From a candidate division FCPU426 bacterium (GTDB taxonomy: Bacteria; Oederibacteriota; Muellerivitia; Muellerivitales; Muellerivitaceae): a stretch of 64,000 nucleotides of DNA. A program made the translations under genes and the position numbers. Of this stretch, positions 41,115 to 53,518 are shown in pieces. The stretch's first letter is position 1; every line of letters begins with the position of its first letter. The notes beneath the pieces are model-generated. The model was not told the DNA's origin, did no database searches, and was given only the letters and a program-made list of their open reading frames with translations. Where the stretch lies: NCBI GenBank assembly GCA_963771075.1, contig CAVYSE010000014.1, forward strand, positions 32,226-96,225, given 5' to 3'.

Positions 41115-42245
41115 ATGAAAATCCTGCTCGCACCGGACAAATTCAAGGGAATCTGCACGGCCCAAGAAGTCGCCGAAAATCTTAGGAATAATCTTCAAAA
41201 ACTCCTTCCTCAGGCCCAAATCAGGCTTTTTCCAATTGCCGACGGAGGTGAAGGAACCCTTATTTCGATTATTTATCTTCTTCAGGGCAAGATTCAAACA
41301 GTCTTCGTCCATGACCCACTGATGAGGGAAAAAGAAGCCCAATGGGGCTGGGCCCAATTACCAGATAAAGAAACAGCCATCCTTGAAATGTCCCAGGCTT
41401 CCGGGCTTCTTAGACTCACACCACAAGAATATAATCCCCTATTGACCACGAGCTACGGAACCGGGGATTTGGTTTCAGAAGCACTTCGTAATAACGCGAA
41501 ATTCATCAAGATAGCCTTGGGCGGAAGTGCCACAGTGGACGGAGGAATTGGTTTTCTTCAGGCATTGGGAGCCATATTCAAATCCAGGACAACCATCCCC
41601 CCCGCGGGTCTTTCGGGCCAACATCTTTTATCCATAACATCCGTTGATCTTGAGCCCGTTCTTCACAAATTGCGGGGTATAGTCCTTTCGGGTTTGGTCG
41701 ATGTCCAAGTTCCTCTTTTGGGCGACCATGGCGCCGCGAGATTTTTCGGTCCGTCCAAAGGAGCTACCCCTGAAATGATTGAAACCCTGGAAAAAGGATT
41801 ATTTCATTTCGACAATCTACTTTCCAACGCGGTGGGTCGCGTGCTGAAAAACCATCCAGGAGCCGGAGCGGCGGGAGGCCTCGGAATGTCGATTTTGGCC
41901 TTGGGCGGTCAATTGGAAAGGGGGTTTGATTTTGTCGCCCAAACCCTCAAGTTAGAGGAAAACATGGCTGGCTGCGATTTAATCATCACCGGCGAGGGAA
42001 AGCTGGATGACACGAGCCGGGAAGGCAAAGCCCCGGTGGCTGTCGCCCGCTTGGCTAAAAAGCTTGGAATCAAATGTTTGGGGATCGTAGGATGCAACCA
42101 AGCTTCACCCGCTTGGTTAACGGAAGAGGGCTTCACCAAGGTTTACGCCCTTTATGACGTGCCCTTCAACGCCGAAGATCCTAAAAAGTTCGAATTTTCT
42201 AAACGGCTTTCCGATATTTTGGTTCAGATATTTCCAAAAAAATAG
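41115..42245 (+). CDS. glxK: Glycerate kinase (GlxK/GarK family)
   Basis: APDKFKG, PIADGGEG, LGGSATVDGG, GAGAAGG, ITGEG.LD. Confidence 0.93.
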   Translation: MKILLAPDKFKGICTAQEVAENLRNNLQKLLPQAQIRLFPIADGGEGTLISIIYLLQGKIQTVFVHDPLMREKEAQWGWAQLPDKETAILEMSQASGLLRLTPQEYNPLLTTSYGTGDLVSEALRNNAKFIKIALGGSATVDGGIGFLQALGAIFKSRTTIPPAGLSGQHLLSITSVDLEPVLHKLRGIVLSGLVDVQVPLLGDHGAARFFGPSKGATPEMIETLEKGLFHFDNLLSNAVGRVLKNHPGAGAAGGLGMSILALGGQLERGFDFVAQTLKLEENMAGCDLIITGEGKLDDTSREGKAPVAVARLAKKLGIKCLGIVGCNQASPAWLTEEGFTKVYALYDVPFNAEDPKKFEFSKRLSDILVQIFPKK

Positions 42246-42308
42246 ATCCGCTTGATGTTTGAAGTTTGATTTCCTTCCTCTTGCCGAGAAAAACCGCATT
42301 TTCCCTTT

Positions 42309-42908
42309 TTAAAACAAACTCCAAACCCACATGCCCGCGCAAAACCCCAGCGCCGCAAAGGTTAGAGATAAAACCAACGATTGCGAGAATTTGAACCATG
42401 AATGCCCCAATACTCTTCTCGCAGGATAAAAAATTTGATTCCCCCATCCATCCACGATGCAACGGCAATGGCCGCAGAGATAAGTGACATAATTCCCCAA
42501 TTTGATTGAAATGGGGAAAAACCGAAAAGATTGACGTCGATAACACTGAGGACAAAAGAAACGATGCATACCTGGCAAAATCTCGGGAAATATACCGGGC
42601 CAAAAAACCTTTAAATAAAGAAAGACAACCGACTTCACTAAAAATGCCATGGCAATTTCAGACGGGACCGCCTTCATTAACCAGTCGCGATAGGCGCCAA
42701 ACAAGTTGAACAGCAAGTAGACTTCCAAGGACCAAAGAAAAACCTTGGAAAAATGCCGTAAGGCACTGGAATAATTCAGTCGTAGATGCCCTTTTGAATC
42801 CTCTTTCCAACAATGTGCCCCGGCCAGCCAGTGAATAAATCCAAGGGCGTAATGGGTAATAAAAATAAAAGGCTTCAAGGCAGTAAAAACTTTGGAAGGA
42901 GTAGTCAT
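42309..42908 (-). CDS. Hypothetical membrane protein with CxxC...CxxC
   Basis: Hydrophobic helices and CPQC / CGHC pair; fills the intergenic space. Confidence 0.55.
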   Translation of the reverse strand: MTTPSKVFTALKPFIFITHYALGFIHWLAGAHCWKEDSKGHLRLNYSSALRHFSKVFLWSLEVYLLFNLFGAYRDWLMKAVPSEIAMAFLVKSVVFLYLKVFWPGIFPEILPGMHRFFCPQCYRRQSFRFFPISIKLGNYVTYLCGHCRCIVDGWGNQIFYPARRVLGHSWFKFSQSLVLSLTFAALGFCAGMWVWSLF

Positions 42909-42966
42909 GCAGTCTAAGGATAGACAAAAGTCGCCCGAGGTTAAATCTTTTTTTTAAACCCGGGAA

Positions 42967-45900
42967 TTAACGTATGACAACCACCTTAAGGATCTTGTGT
43001 CCGATTATTCCATTGGCTGTATTAAGTTCCACAACCGCGATATAGGTACCGCTGGCCAGATTCGTTTGGCCCACATTCCAGTAGACGATTCCCAAGTTTC
43101 CAGGTTGGTTATAAAGAAGCGGCTTCACCAATTCTCCGGCCAAGGTATAAATCTTCACGTCAACCGATGTGACTTGGGCCGCGTCAGTATCGACGACGAA
43201 TTGGGCCATAGAAGTTTGATTCAGCCGAACCGGATTTGGCAATAAAACCACACCATTAATAGCTTCGGACGAACCCTCGATATGCAACACTTTCGTAATC
43301 TCTTGATTCGAATGAGAGCTTTGAACGGTAGATTGTATCTGCAGGTAATAAGTTCCCGGGGTAAGAATGACACCGTCATCTCCCGTACCGTTCCAAGTAA
43401 AGCTCTTTCCCGAACCCAAGGTAATAGTCAAGACACTGTTGTTCCCACCGGTTCCCGAGTAATTGGGAACGAGGACACTTGAGGAAATTTGGATTTGGGA
43501 GACGTTTAAATCGGAAGCGGTTAGTCCGCTCACTCCCATCATAGCGATAATATCAGCCTCGGAGATATGTTTCACAATTTCACCCGCCGAATTGAAGACC
43601 AAGGCCGTCAGGGTGCTACTACTGAGGTTCACGGAAACTGTTTGGCTTACAGAAGTGGTGGCTCCAAAGGGACTCGTGGTAGTGACTTTGATGAAATAGC
43701 TACCATTCGAGACTAATTGGCCGTTGTCGTTGGTACCATCCCAGGTTCCGAGGCTCTCGCCATTTGTGGAAATCTGGAGTATTTGCCCTGGGTTCGTTAA
43801 ACCACTTGCGGAAAGATTCAGGGACGAAATGGGAGAACTGGTTTCAAAGGTCGTATAGGTCTTAACAATTTCCCCGGCGCTGTTATAGATGGACATTTGC
43901 ACAACATAGCTTCCAATGACACTCACGGCATTACAGGATGTCATCGTGCCGCTTCCAAAGCTGAGTTTAGCGCAATTAAGAACTGGGCTGTTCTGGCCGC
44001 CAAGAATTTGAACTATGCTTTGGTAAGTCACTTGCAGATTGGAACCCGCGGGCACCACAGGGAATACCCAAGTCAAGGTATTCGAGGAAGAATTATAAAT
44101 TCCACCATCGGTTGCCGACCCGAGCAAATATTTCATTGCGATCGTGGCCGGTAGATTGTCCACAATCGTCACGTTCATCGCGGCAGTTGCCCCCGGGTTT
44201 TGGTATTGGAGGGTATAAACCAAGGTGTCATTTGCCTTAGCCGTGGTTTTATTTGAACTCTTCACTAGGTTGAGGTAAGGAGTGGCCGTGGGGGTTGCGG
44301 TCGGGGTCAACGTGGGTGTCGAAGTCGCCGTGAAGGTCGAAGTCATGGTCGGTGTAAATGTTCGGCTGTTGGTGGGTGTCAGGGTCGAAGTGGACGTCGA
44401 GGTATAGGTAAAGGTGCTGGTTGGCGTAAAGGTCCATGTCGATGTGGGTGTATGAGTTGGCGTGAAGGTATAGGTAAAGGTGGATGTGGGAGTGGCCGTT
44501 GGAGTGGGCGTAAAGGTGGGTGTGAAGGATGAGGTCGAAGTAAATGTAAATGTTTGGGTAAATGTAAAGGATGGCGAGGGAGTATTCGTTACGGTATAGG
44601 TCAACGTGGAAGTGGGTGTCGGGGTGTTTGTTAGCGTATTGGTAACCGTTGGGGTTGGGGTGGGTGTAAAGGTACTGGTCGACGTGTTCGTCGGGGTATA
44701 AGACATGGTGAAGGTCGGAGTCGAAGAAGGTGTGGGAGTGGCCGTCTGGGTAAAGGTTAAGGTTTGAGTCGAAGTAAATGTAGCCGTACTCGTCCAAGTA
44801 GCTGTCATAGTTTCTGTAGGTGTATTCGTAGGCGTATTGGAGGATGTAAAGGTCGGGGTGGATGTATTGGTAGGCGTAAAGGTTTCGGACGGTGTGTTTG
44901 TCGAGGTAAAGGTTAAGGTGGCCGTCATGGTGTTGGTCTGGGTACCCGTGGGCGTATCCGTTTCAGTAAAGGTTGGTGTCGAGGTGGGTGTAGGCGATGA
45001 AGTCATCGTTAGCGTATAGGTTTCTGTCGGGGTACTCGAAGCCGTATCCGTTGAGGTGGCTGTCATCGTGTTGGTCTGGGTACCGGTCGGTGTATCCGTT
45101 TCAGTGAAGGTCGGCGTTGAAGAAGGCGTGGGTGTTATAGATTCCGTCGGCGTCATGGTTTCCGTCGGAGTGTTTGTGGCCGTTTCCGTCAAGGTGGCCG
45201 TCATGGTGTTGGTTTGCGTTCCCGTGGGCGTATCCGTTTCAGTAAAGGTTGGCGTCTGGGTGGGAGTCGGTGAAGAAGTCCCAGTGAAAGTAAAGGTTTC
45301 GGTAGGTGTGTTCGTCGCTGTATCTGTCGAGGTGGGCGTCATCGTGTCGGTTTGGGTACCCGTGGGTGTATCCGACTCAGTGTAGGTTGCGGTTGCTGTT
45401 GGCGTGGGAGTCGAAGTCTCTGTGGACGTGAATGTAATGGTAAATGTGTCAGTAATCGTATAGGTAAAGGTCGGGGTGCTCGTGGGAGTAGAGGTATATG
45501 TGGGCGTATCCGAAACGGTATCGGTCGGAGTTGACGTCGAGGTAAAGGTATTAGTCGAAGTGGGTGTATAAGAGGACGTAGGTGTATTTGTAGAGCTAAA
45601 GGTCGGAGTGGAGGTCATGGTTTCGGTCTGGGTATTCGTTGGGGTATCCGAAACGGTGTTCGTTACTGTTGAAGTGGGAGTGAAGGTAGATGTCGAAGTA
45701 AACGTAAAGGAAGAAGTGGGGGTATCCGTGATTGTATAAGTAAAGGTCGGGGTGCTCGTGGAAGTAGATGTATAGGTGGGTGTATCCGAAACGGTATTGG
45801 TCGGAGTCGACGTCGAGGTAAAGGTATCAGTCGACGTGGGTGTATAAGAGGACGTAGGTGTATTTGTAGAGCTAAAGGTCGGGGTGGAGGTCATGGTTTC

Positions 45901-48900
45901 GGTCTGGGTATTCGTTGGGGTATCCGAAACGGTGTTCGTTACCGTTGAAGTGGGAGTGAATGTCGAGGTCGAAGTAAACGTAAAGGAAGAAGTGGGGGTA
46001 TCCGTGATTGTATAAGTAAAGGTCTCTGTATTTGTTGAAGTAGGTGTATTCGTGGGTGTATCCGAAACGGTATCGGTCGGAGTCGACGTCGAGGTAAAGG
46101 TATTAGTCGACGTGGGTGTAGAGGAAGACGTAGGTGTATCTGTAGAGGTAAAGGTCGGGGTGGAGGTCATGGTTTCGGTCTGGGTATTCGCCGGGGTATC
46201 CGAAACAGTGTTCGTTACTGTTGTAGTGGGAGTGAAGGTAGATGTCGAAGTAAACGTAAAGGAAGAAGTGGGGGTATCCGTGATTGTATAAGTAAAGGTC
46301 GGGGTGCTCGTGGAAGTAGATGTATAGGTGGGTGTATCCGAAACGGTATAGGTCAGAGTCGACGTCGAGGTAAAGGTATTTGTCGATGTAGGGGTATAAG
46401 TGGAGCTAAAGGTCGGACTGAAAGTCATGGTTTCGGTCTGGGTGTTCGTTGGGGTATCCGAAACGGTGTTCGTTACCGTTGAAGTGGGAGTGAATGTAGA
46501 GGTCGAAGTAAACGTAAAGGAAGAAGTGGGTGTATCGGTAAAGGTGTAGGTCAGGGTAGATGTCATGGTGTTGGTAAGGGTATTCGTTGGAGTATCCGAC
46601 ACTGTGTTAGTTGTTGTTGAACTGGGTGTAAATGTCGATGTGGAAGTGGGCGTAAATGAGGAGGTTGGGGTATCTGTGGCTGTATAAGAGGGTGTTGGCG
46701 TCAAAGTTATAGTGCTGGTATAGGTATTCGTCACCGTCGGAGTAAGGGTGATGGTATTCGTGAAAGTATCCGATACGGTCGGGGTCAATGTAATCGTATT
46801 TGTATAGGTGTTTGTTACCGTGGGTGTAAGCGTGATCGTGTTGGTGTAGGTAGTCGTCACGGTTGGCGTCAGGGTAATGGTATTCGTGTAAGTGGTTGTT
46901 ACGGTCGGCGTTAAAGTAATCGTGCTGGTATAGGTATTTGTCACCGTCGGAGTAAGGGTGATGGTATTCGTGAAAGTATCCGAAACGGTCGGTGTCAATG
47001 TAATCGTATTTGTATAGGTGTTTGTCACCGTCGGTGTAAGGGTGATGGTATTCGTAAAAGTATCCGATACAGTCGGGGTCAATGTAATCGTATTTGTATA
47101 AGTGTTCGTCACTGTGGGAGTTAGCGTAATCGTGTTGGTATAGGTGTTTGTCACCGTTGGGGTAAGGGTAATCGTGTTTGTGTAAGTGTTCGTTACTGTA
47201 GGAGTGAGAGTAATCGTATTGGTGTAGGTGTTCGTGACTGTGGGCGTGAGGGTGATGGTATTCGTGAAAGTATTCGATACAGTCGGGGTCAATGTAATCG
47301 TATTTGTATAAGTGTTCGTCACCGTGGGAGTTAGCGTAATCGTGTTGGTATAGGTGTTTGTCACCGTCGGGGTAAGGGTAATCGTGTTCGTGTAAGTGTT
47401 CGTTACTGTAGGAGTGAGAGTAATCGTATTGGTGTAGGTGTTCGTGACTGTGGGCGTGAGGGTGATGGTATTCGTAAAAGTATCCGATACAGTCGGGGTC
47501 AATGTAATCGTATTTGTAAAAGTGTTCGTCACCGTGGGAGTTAGGGTAATCGTGTAGGTATAGGTGTTTGTCACCGTTGGGGTAAGGGTAATGGTGTTCG
47601 TGTAAGTGTTCGTTACTGTAGGAGTGAGAGTAATCGTATTGGTGTAGGTGTTCGTCACCGTGGGCGTGAGGGTGATGGTATTCGTGTAGGTATTGGTCAC
47701 CGAAGGCGTAAGCGTAATGGTGTTGGTATAAGTGTTTGTCACCGTCGGGGTAAGGGTAATCGTGTTCGTGTAAGTGTTCGTTACCGTAGGAGTGAGAGTA
47801 ATCGTATTGGTGTATGTATTTGTGACTGTGGGCGTAAGAGTGATTGTATTCGTGTAGGTATTGGTCACCGTAGGCGTAAGCGTAATGGTGTTGGTATAAG
47901 TGTTTGTCACCGTCGGGGTTAAGGTAATCGTGTTCGTGTAAGTGTTCGTTACTGTAGGAGTGAGAGTAATCGTATTGGTGTAGGTGTTCGTGACTGTGGG
48001 AGTCAAGGTGATGGTATTCGTGTAGGTATTGGTCACTGTGGGAGTTAGCGTAATCGTGTTGGTATAGGTGTTTGTCACCGTCGGGGTAAGGGTAATCGTG
48101 TTCGTGTAAGTGTTCGTTACCGTAGGAGTGAGAGTAATCGTATTGGTGTATGTATTTGTGACTGTGGGCGTAAGAGTGATGGTATTCGTGTAGGTATTGG
48201 TCACCGTAGGCGTAAGCGTAATGGTGTTGGTATAAGTGTTTGTCACAGTCGGGGTTAAGGTAATCGTGTTCGTGTAAGTGTTCGTTACCGTAGGAGTGAG
48301 CGTAATCGTATTGGTGTATGTGTTCGTGACTGTGGGCGTAAGGGTTATGGTATTCGTGTTGGTATTGGTCACAGTTGGAGTAAGTGTAATGGTGTTGGTA
48401 TAGGTGTTTGTCACAGTCGGGGTAAGGGTAATCGTGTTCGTGTAAGTGTTCGTTACCGTAGGAGTGAGAGTAATTGTATTGGTGTAGGTATTCGTGACTG
48501 TGGGCGTCAGGGTGATGGTATTCGTGTTGGTATTGGTCACCGTAGGCGTAAGTGTAATGGTGTTGGTATAGGTGTTTGTCACAGTCGGGGTAAGGGTAAT
48601 CGTGTTCGTGTAAGTGTTCGTTACCGTAGGAGTGAGAGTAATCGTATTGGTGTATGTATTTGTGACTGTGGGCGTAAGAGTGATGGTATTCGTGTAGGTA
48701 TTGGTCACCGTAGGCGTAAGCGTAATGGTGTTGGTATAAGTGTTTGTCACAGTCGGGGTTAAGGTAATCGTGTTCGTGTAAGTGTTCGTTACCGTAGGAG
48801 TGAGAGTAATCGTATTGGTGTAGGTGTTCGTCACAGTGGGCGTGAGGGTGATGGTATTCGTGAAGGTATTGGTCACCGTAGGCGTAAGCGTAATGGTGTT

Positions 48901-51900
48901 GGTATAAGTGTTTGTCACAGTCGGGGTTAAGGTAATCGTGTTCGTGTAAGTGTTCGTTACCGTAGGAGTGAGAGTAATCGTATTGGTGTAGGTGTTCGTC
49001 ACAGTGGGCGTGAGGGTGATGGTATTCGTGAAGGTATTGGTCACCGTAGGCGTAAGCGTAATGGTGTTGGTATAAGTGTTTGTCACAGTCGGGGTTAAGG
49101 TAATCGTGTTCGTGTAAGTGTTCGTTACCGTAGGAGTGAGAGTAATCGTATTGGTGTATGTATTTGTGACTGTGGGCGTCAGGGTGATGGTATTCGTGTT
49201 GGTATTGGTCACCGTAGGCGTAAGCGTAATGGTGTTGGTATAAGTGTTTGTCACAGTCGGGGTTAAGGTAATCGTGTTCGTGTAAGTGTTCGTTACCGTA
49301 GGAGTGAGAGTAATCGTATTGGTGTAGGTGTTCGTGACTGTGGGCGTCAGGGTGATGGTATTCGTGTAGGTATTGGTCACTGTTGGGGTTAAGGTAATCG
49401 TATTGGTGTAGGTATTGGTCACCGTAGGCGTAAGCGTAATGGTGTTGGTTCTTGTATTTGTCACCGTGGGTGTTAGCGTAATGGTGTTGGTATAGGTGTT
49501 TGTCACCGTCGGGGTAAGGGTAATCGTGTTCGTGTAAGTGTTCGTTACCGTAGGAGTGAGAGTAATCGTATTGGTGTAAGTATTGGTAACAGTCGGCGTG
49601 AGGGTGATGGTATTCGTATAAGTATTGGTCACTGTAGGTGTAAGCGTAATGGTGTTGGTTCTTGTGTTTGTCACCGTTGGTGTTAGCGTAATCGTGTTTG
49701 TGTAGGTGTTCGTTACCGTAGGAGTGAGAGTAATCGTATTGGTGTAAGTATTGGTAACAGTCGGCGTGAGGGTGATGGTATTCGTATAAGTATTGGTCAC
49801 TGTAGGTGTAAGCGTAATGGTGTTGGTTTTTGTGTTTGTCACCGTGGGTGTCAGCGTAATAGTGTTGGTATAGGTGTTCGTTACCGTAGGAGTGAGAGTA
49901 ATCGTATTGGTGTAAGTATTGGTAACAGTCGGCGTGAGGGTGATGGTATTCGTATAAGTATTGGTCACTGTAGGTGTAAGCGTAATGGTGTTGGTTCTTG
50001 TGTTTGTCACCGTTGGTGTTAGCGTAATCGTGTTTGTGTAGGTGTTCGTTACTGTAGGAGTAAGCGTAATGGTGTTGGTATAAGTACTTGTTAGAGTAAT
50101 GGTGTTCGTAATGGTCGGCGTCAACGTGACCGTATTGGTAATAGACGGAGTTAGGGTAATGGTGTTTGTGATGGTTGGTGAACGGGTTATCGTCGATGTC
50201 AAAGTGATCGTCGGAGTCTGAGAAATTGTAAGTGTCTGGGTTGGGGTGGGAGTTGAGGTCGCGGTGGCTGTTCCCGTCTGAGTGGGTGTATAGGTACAAA
50301 CAACTGTTGGTGTCGAACAAGGCGGAATCCCCGTACTAGGATCCCAGTCCCCGGCAGTATCTGTAATTTCCTGAACTAACGACCCTTGGTACAGAATCGC
50401 GAAATAGGGACTGTCGTGCCAATTTGTGTCTAAACACCCATTTGTTCCGCTGCTTCCGTCAAACAGATGCGAGTAATAATTGGCGGGGTTTGAAGCGCAG
50501 TTTGTCCCAGTGCCAAGATATAATTGGTCGTTTTGACCAACCCAATATCCTCCATTTGGCGGTATGAAGGCTCCGCCACCCGTGGTCCACGCTGAACTTG
50601 TAATGCAATAAGTAACCGCAAAGTTGGCCCAGTGGTTCGTCCCATACGAATCAAGCTGGCTCGGGGTGCAAGCCGGTATCGCGCCGACGCTGACCGTGGC
50701 GTTCGAATTCGCATTGCCTACTTGTGAAATTCCTCCTGAGTAATAGACCGTTCCGGTTCCTCCCCCCCATTTGGTGTATGGATCAGCAAAACTTGCAGCA
50801 GAACAACCACCCGGCCCATAAGCCCACAAAACGAAACAGATATCAGTGATCGAAACCGCCGAACTCCCATAATTGGTGACTTTTACGTCATAATGAGCCG
50901 ATTGGGCATTCGTTCCTTGTTGCTGGCATTGCACCTGTAAATTAAGCATAGCCGGTGTACCCGCTCCACTGTATGTTCCGCATTGAAGTGTGTTGGTCGG
51001 AGTTGCGGTTAGAAGACTAGTGTTTGTTTGTGTAACAGTAATCGTCGGGGTCAACGTAATTGTAAATGTCAGGAGTGGAGTACGCGTCGGGGTATTGGTC
51101 AAAGTAATGGTTGGAGTTATTGTTAAAGTCGGCGTTTGGGTAAATGTGCTTGTTTTGGTCGGTGTAAGGGTATTCGTATTTGTTATGGTCGGGGTAAGTG
51201 TAACTGTGTTCGTAAGAGTGAGTGTTATGGTTGGGGTTAATGTCGGTGTAAATGAAGTGGCGGGAGTTTTTGTATTAGTGCCGGTAATGGTGGGAGTTAG
51301 AGTTATTGTTCGTGTTAAGGTATTCGTGCCAGTAGGCGTTGGCGTTGAGGTATTACCTCCGGGAATGTTGAAAGAAACATAGCTGGTAGTCATTGAATTA
51401 GTCCCGACCGGGCACATATTCATATAGTTTTCACCCATCACCACGACCAAATTATAATTTCCTGGTGTTAACGAAGCCGGAATCTCCACCGTGACAACTT
51501 GGGTTACTGGTGTACCCAGGACCGTAGTTTGAGTATTTGAGTCCCATCCTCCTGTAGGGTTTGTATCCGCATAAGTGGTTGTGAATGGCGCTTGCGGCGC
51601 ATTTTGTATCGTTGTTCCAGGTCTAGGGGTTGTACTGTCGAGTAAAAAATATTGGTTTGCTGTCCCACAAGACTGAATAGTCGTATTTGTGCTGGATTCG
51701 GTAGCAAGCGTAAAAAACTCATCTTGGTATGTATTGTTGCTATCCGCCCAAATGATTGTGACATTAACCGAATTTCCAGCCGGAATGCTTGACGAGGAAA
51801 GAGTTAGATTCGTTGTTAAACTACCCGCCAAAACAGATTCAGGAAATAATTCAAAGAAACCACAAAGTACAAGCACCATTAATCCGAACCAGTTGTTCAG

Positions 51901-51948
51901 AATGCGGTGTGATCGATTTTTAGGTGGACCTTTTGTTTGAATCCTCAT
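42967..51948 (-). CDS. Giant secreted protein (2993 aa): Cys-rich N-domain, CBM3-like domain, about 2000-aa Thr-rich repeat stalk, DUF11, two FlgD-Ig domains, T9SS-like CTD
   Basis: Signal peptide; [19 protein letters not shown]3-like strand; LVKSS..DTLVYTL..DNLP (DUF11); [33 protein letters not shown]. Confidence 0.88.
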   Translation of the reverse strand: MRIQTKGPPKNRSHRILNNWFGLMVLVLCGFFELFPESVLAGSLTTNLTLSSSSIPAGNSVNVTIIWADSNNTYQDEFFTLATESSTNTTIQSCGTANQYFLLDSTTPRPGTTIQNAPQAPFTTTYADTNPTGGWDSNTQTTVLGTPVTQVVTVEIPASLTPGNYNLVVVMGENYMNMCPVGTNSMTTSYVSFNIPGGNTSTPTPTGTNTLTRTITLTPTITGTNTKTPATSFTPTLTPTITLTLTNTVTLTPTITNTNTLTPTKTSTFTQTPTLTITPTITLTNTPTRTPLLTFTITLTPTITVTQTNTSLLTATPTNTLQCGTYSGAGTPAMLNLQVQCQQQGTNAQSAHYDVKVTNYGSSAVSITDICFVLWAYGPGGCSAASFADPYTKWGGGTGTVYYSGGISQVGNANSNATVSVGAIPACTPSQLDSYGTNHWANFAVTYCITSSAWTTGGGAFIPPNGGYWVGQNDQLYLGTGTNCASNPANYYSHLFDGSSGTNGCLDTNWHDSPYFAILYQGSLVQEITDTAGDWDPSTGIPPCSTPTVVCTYTPTQTGTATATSTPTPTQTLTISQTPTITLTSTITRSPTITNTITLTPSITNTVTLTPTITNTITLTSTYTNTITLTPTVTNTYTNTITLTPTVTNTRTNTITLTPTVTNTYTNTITLTPTVTNTYTNTITLTPTVTNTYTNTITLTPTVTNTKTNTITLTPTVTNTYTNTITLTPTVTNTYTNTITLTPTVTNTYTNTITLTPTVTNTRTNTITLTPTVTNTYTNTITLTPTVTNTYTNTITLTPTVTNTYTNTITLTPTVTNTYTNTITLTPTVTNTRTNTITLTPTVTNTYTNTITLTPTVTNTYTNTITLTPTVTNTYTNTITLTPTVTNTYTNTITLTPTVTNTYTNTITLTPTVTNTNTNTITLTPTVTNTYTNTITLTPTVTNTYTNTITLTPTVTNTYTNTITLTPTVTNTFTNTITLTPTVTNTYTNTITLTPTVTNTYTNTITLTPTVTNTYTNTITLTPTVTNTFTNTITLTPTVTNTYTNTITLTPTVTNTYTNTITLTPTVTNTYTNTITLTPTVTNTYTNTITLTPTVTNTYTNTITLTPTVTNTYTNTITLTPTVTNTYTNTITLTPTVTNTNTNTITLTPTVTNTYTNTITLTPTVTNTYTNTITLTPTVTNTYTNTITLTPTVTNTNTNTITLTPTVTNTYTNTITLTPTVTNTYTNTITLTPTVTNTYTNTITLTPTVTNTYTNTITLTPTVTNTYTNTITLTPTVTNTYTNTITLTPTVTNTYTNTITLTPTVTNTYTNTITLTPTVTNTYTNTITLTPTVTNTYTNTITLTPTVTNTYTNTITLTPTVTNTYTNTITLTPTVTNTYTNTITLTPTVTNTYTNTITLTPTVTNTYTNTITLTPSVTNTYTNTITLTPTVTNTYTNTITLTPTVTNTYTNTITLTPTVTNTYTYTITLTPTVTNTFTNTITLTPTVSDTFTNTITLTPTVTNTYTNTITLTPTVTNTYTNTITLTPTVTNTYTNTITLTPTVTNTYTNTITLTPTVSNTFTNTITLTPTVTNTYTNTITLTPTVTNTYTNTITLTPTVTNTYTNTITLTPTVTNTYTNTITLTPTVSDTFTNTITLTPTVTNTYTNTITLTPTVSDTFTNTITLTPTVTNTYTSTITLTPTVTTTYTNTITLTPTVTTTYTNTITLTPTVTNTYTNTITLTPTVSDTFTNTITLTPTVTNTYTSTITLTPTPSYTATDTPTSSFTPTSTSTFTPSSTTTNTVSDTPTNTLTNTMTSTLTYTFTDTPTSSFTFTSTSTFTPTSTVTNTVSDTPTNTQTETMTFSPTFSSTYTPTSTNTFTSTSTLTYTVSDTPTYTSTSTSTPTFTYTITDTPTSSFTFTSTSTFTPTTTVTNTVSDTPANTQTETMTSTPTFTSTDTPTSSSTPTSTNTFTSTSTPTDTVSDTPTNTPTSTNTETFTYTITDTPTSSFTFTSTSTFTPTSTVTNTVSDTPTNTQTETMTSTPTFSSTNTPTSSYTPTSTDTFTSTSTPTNTVSDTPTYTSTSTSTPTFTYTITDTPTSSFTFTSTSTFTPTSTVTNTVSDTPTNTQTETMTSTPTFSSTNTPTSSYTPTSTNTFTSTSTPTDTVSDTPTYTSTPTSTPTFTYTITDTFTITFTSTETSTPTPTATATYTESDTPTGTQTDTMTPTSTDTATNTPTETFTFTGTSSPTPTQTPTFTETDTPTGTQTNTMTATLTETATNTPTETMTPTESITPTPSSTPTFTETDTPTGTQTNTMTATSTDTASSTPTETYTLTMTSSPTPTSTPTFTETDTPTGTQTNTMTATLTFTSTNTPSETFTPTNTSTPTFTSSNTPTNTPTETMTATWTSTATFTSTQTLTFTQTATPTPSSTPTFTMSYTPTNTSTSTFTPTPTPTVTNTLTNTPTPTSTLTYTVTNTPSPSFTFTQTFTFTSTSSFTPTFTPTPTATPTSTFTYTFTPTHTPTSTWTFTPTSTFTYTSTSTSTLTPTNSRTFTPTMTSTFTATSTPTLTPTATPTATPYLNLVKSSNKTTAKANDTLVYTLQYQNPGATAAMNVTIVDNLPATIAMKYLLGSATDGGIYNSSSNTLTWVFPVVPAGSNLQVTYQSIVQILGGQNSPVLNCAKLSFGSGTMTSCNAVSVIGSYVVQMSIYNSAGEIVKTYTTFETSSPISSLNLSASGLTNPGQILQISTNGESLGTWDGTNDNGQLVSNGSYFIKVTTTSPFGATTSVSQTVSVNLSSSTLTALVFNSAGEIVKHISEADIIAMMGVSGLTASDLNVSQIQISSSVLVPNYSGTGGNNSVLTITLGSGKSFTWNGTGDDGVILTPGTYYLQIQSTVQSSHSNQEITKVLHIEGSSEAINGVVLLPNPVRLNQTSMAQFVVDTDAAQVTSVDVKIYTLAGELVKPLLYNQPGNLGIVYWNVGQTNLASGTYIAVVELNTANGIIGHKILKVVVIR
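46693..50160 (-). repeat. Intragenic tandem repeat, 42-bp unit ([14 protein letters not shown]), about 80 copies
   Basis: Directly visible in the protein and DNA; 168-bp higher-order period. Confidence 0.97.
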
Positions 51949-52433
51949 AATTTTTCCGGCCTAAAATATTTTTCAGATCTTGAAGTAATCGAAAAACCCT
52001 CATAGGTTTTTCGTTAAACCTCATATAAATTTTACCAATTTTTTTCTTATTCTGGAGAAAATTTAACTTAAACCCCTTTAAATAACGTTAAAAGAAAGCG
52101 CTTTTTAAGGCTCTTTCTCATTATTTGGCAATAACTTGGTCATTTATTCAAAGTTTTTATTAACTTCCCCATCTCAAAAACGACAAAAAGGTTACACATT
52201 TTGTGTAAATATTCTGCTTCCAAGCTAAACGGACCTGGACTTTTAATTCGCAACCCATCCGTTACTTATATCCACTATCCCCGATCTAACCTGGATTAAA
52301 CCGTATGGATATTCTTATTACTCACCCTCTAGTTAATCAATTCGGAAGTATCAACATCTGGTTCCGTTTGGTAACCGTGATATACTTTCGAGCTTTTTGG
52401 AGTAGACAACTTAAGTAAACAAGTGAGGAAAGA

Positions 52434-53441
52434 GTGATGTCCATTTCAGGTCATGCCTCAAACCTTTGGGAACAATTAGCCGAACAATCCATAAAAAATA
52501 TTGCGCCTTCCATTTCAGACGCGAAAAAAATACTCGAAGCCGCACCTATGGAAACGCTTTCCCTTCTCAAAGCCGCTTACAAGGTACGCCACCACTTTCA
52601 CGGCAATAAAGTGAAGATCCATGTGTTGCAAAACGCAAAATCAGGGACCTGCTCGGAAGATTGCGGATTTTGTTCCCAATCATCCAAATATGAAACCCCG
52701 GCCAATAAATATCCCTTGATGAACGTCGAGGAACTTGTCGAAGGGGCGAGGAAAGCCCGAAATGCCGGTGCCTGGAAATACTGTATGGTGACGGCCACCC
52801 GGGGACCGAGTAATCGGGATCTGGACGTCATTTGTGAGGCCGCCCGACGGATCAAGGCCCAGGGAGGGCTAACCCTTTGCGCTTCCTTGGGGCTTTTGAC
52901 CCCTGAAAAGGCATCCCGTCTCGCGGAAGCCGGCATTGACCGTTTCAACCATAACCTGGAAACTTCCCGCCGTCTCTATTCCAAGATCGTCTCAACCCAT
53001 ACCTACGATGACCGGATTGAGACCGCCCAGTTCGCCAAGCAGGCCGGAATGGAGGTTTGCTCGGGTGGCATCATTGGTTTGGGTGAGGAAATTGACGACA
53101 TATTGGAACTTTGTTATAACCTGAAGAAGATAGGCGCCGCATCGATACCCGTGAATTTCCTGGATCCCCGGCCGGGTACGCCCTTGGCTGATCACCCGAG
53201 GGTGGAACCCTTATTCGCCCTCCAGGTTCTTTGCCTTTTCCGTTTTGTTCACCCCGATGCGGATGTGCGGGCGGCCGGCGGGAGAGAAGCGACATTTCGT
53301 TCTCTTCAACCATTCGTGTTATTTCCAGCCAATTCCATCTTCACGAACGGTTACCTTACGACCCCTGGACAAGGTGAATCCGCCGACCACCAGATGATTC
53401 GGGATTTGGGAATGGAACCCCTATTGGTGGCTTTTGAATAA
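52434..53441 (+). CDS. bioB: Biotin synthase
   Basis: CSEDCGFC radical-SAM motif, NHNLETS, CSGGI.GLGE, PVNFL.P.PGTPL, GYLTT. Confidence 0.96.
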   Translation: MMSISGHASNLWEQLAEQSIKNIAPSISDAKKILEAAPMETLSLLKAAYKVRHHFHGNKVKIHVLQNAKSGTCSEDCGFCSQSSKYETPANKYPLMNVEELVEGARKARNAGAWKYCMVTATRGPSNRDLDVICEAARRIKAQGGLTLCASLGLLTPEKASRLAEAGIDRFNHNLETSRRLYSKIVSTHTYDDRIETAQFAKQAGMEVCSGGIIGLGEEIDDILELCYNLKKIGAASIPVNFLDPRPGTPLADHPRVEPLFALQVLCLFRFVHPDADVRAAGGREATFRSLQPFVLFPANSIFTNGYLTTPGQGESADHQMIRDLGMEPLLVAFE

Positions 53442-53518
53442 ATTTTCAACCCTTAGACAACAAAATATCCATTTGCCATTAAAAAGGGTTTAGTTTTTAT
53501 TGAAATTTGAAAAAGGCT

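Noticed and set aside
46607..50320. 1237-aa His/Tyr-rich ORF in an alternative frame of the giant gene
   Set aside because: Shadow of the 42-bp repeat. A stop would need ACT before an Asn codon, which the few ancestral units lack, so the open frame was amplified passively. No RBS or independent domain.
52192..52208. Palindrome TTACACA-TTT-TGTGTAA upstream of bioB as a BirA site
   Set aside because: Does not fit the BirA TGTnAAC-N14-16-GTTnACA layout, lies in AT-rich DNA and has no second copy
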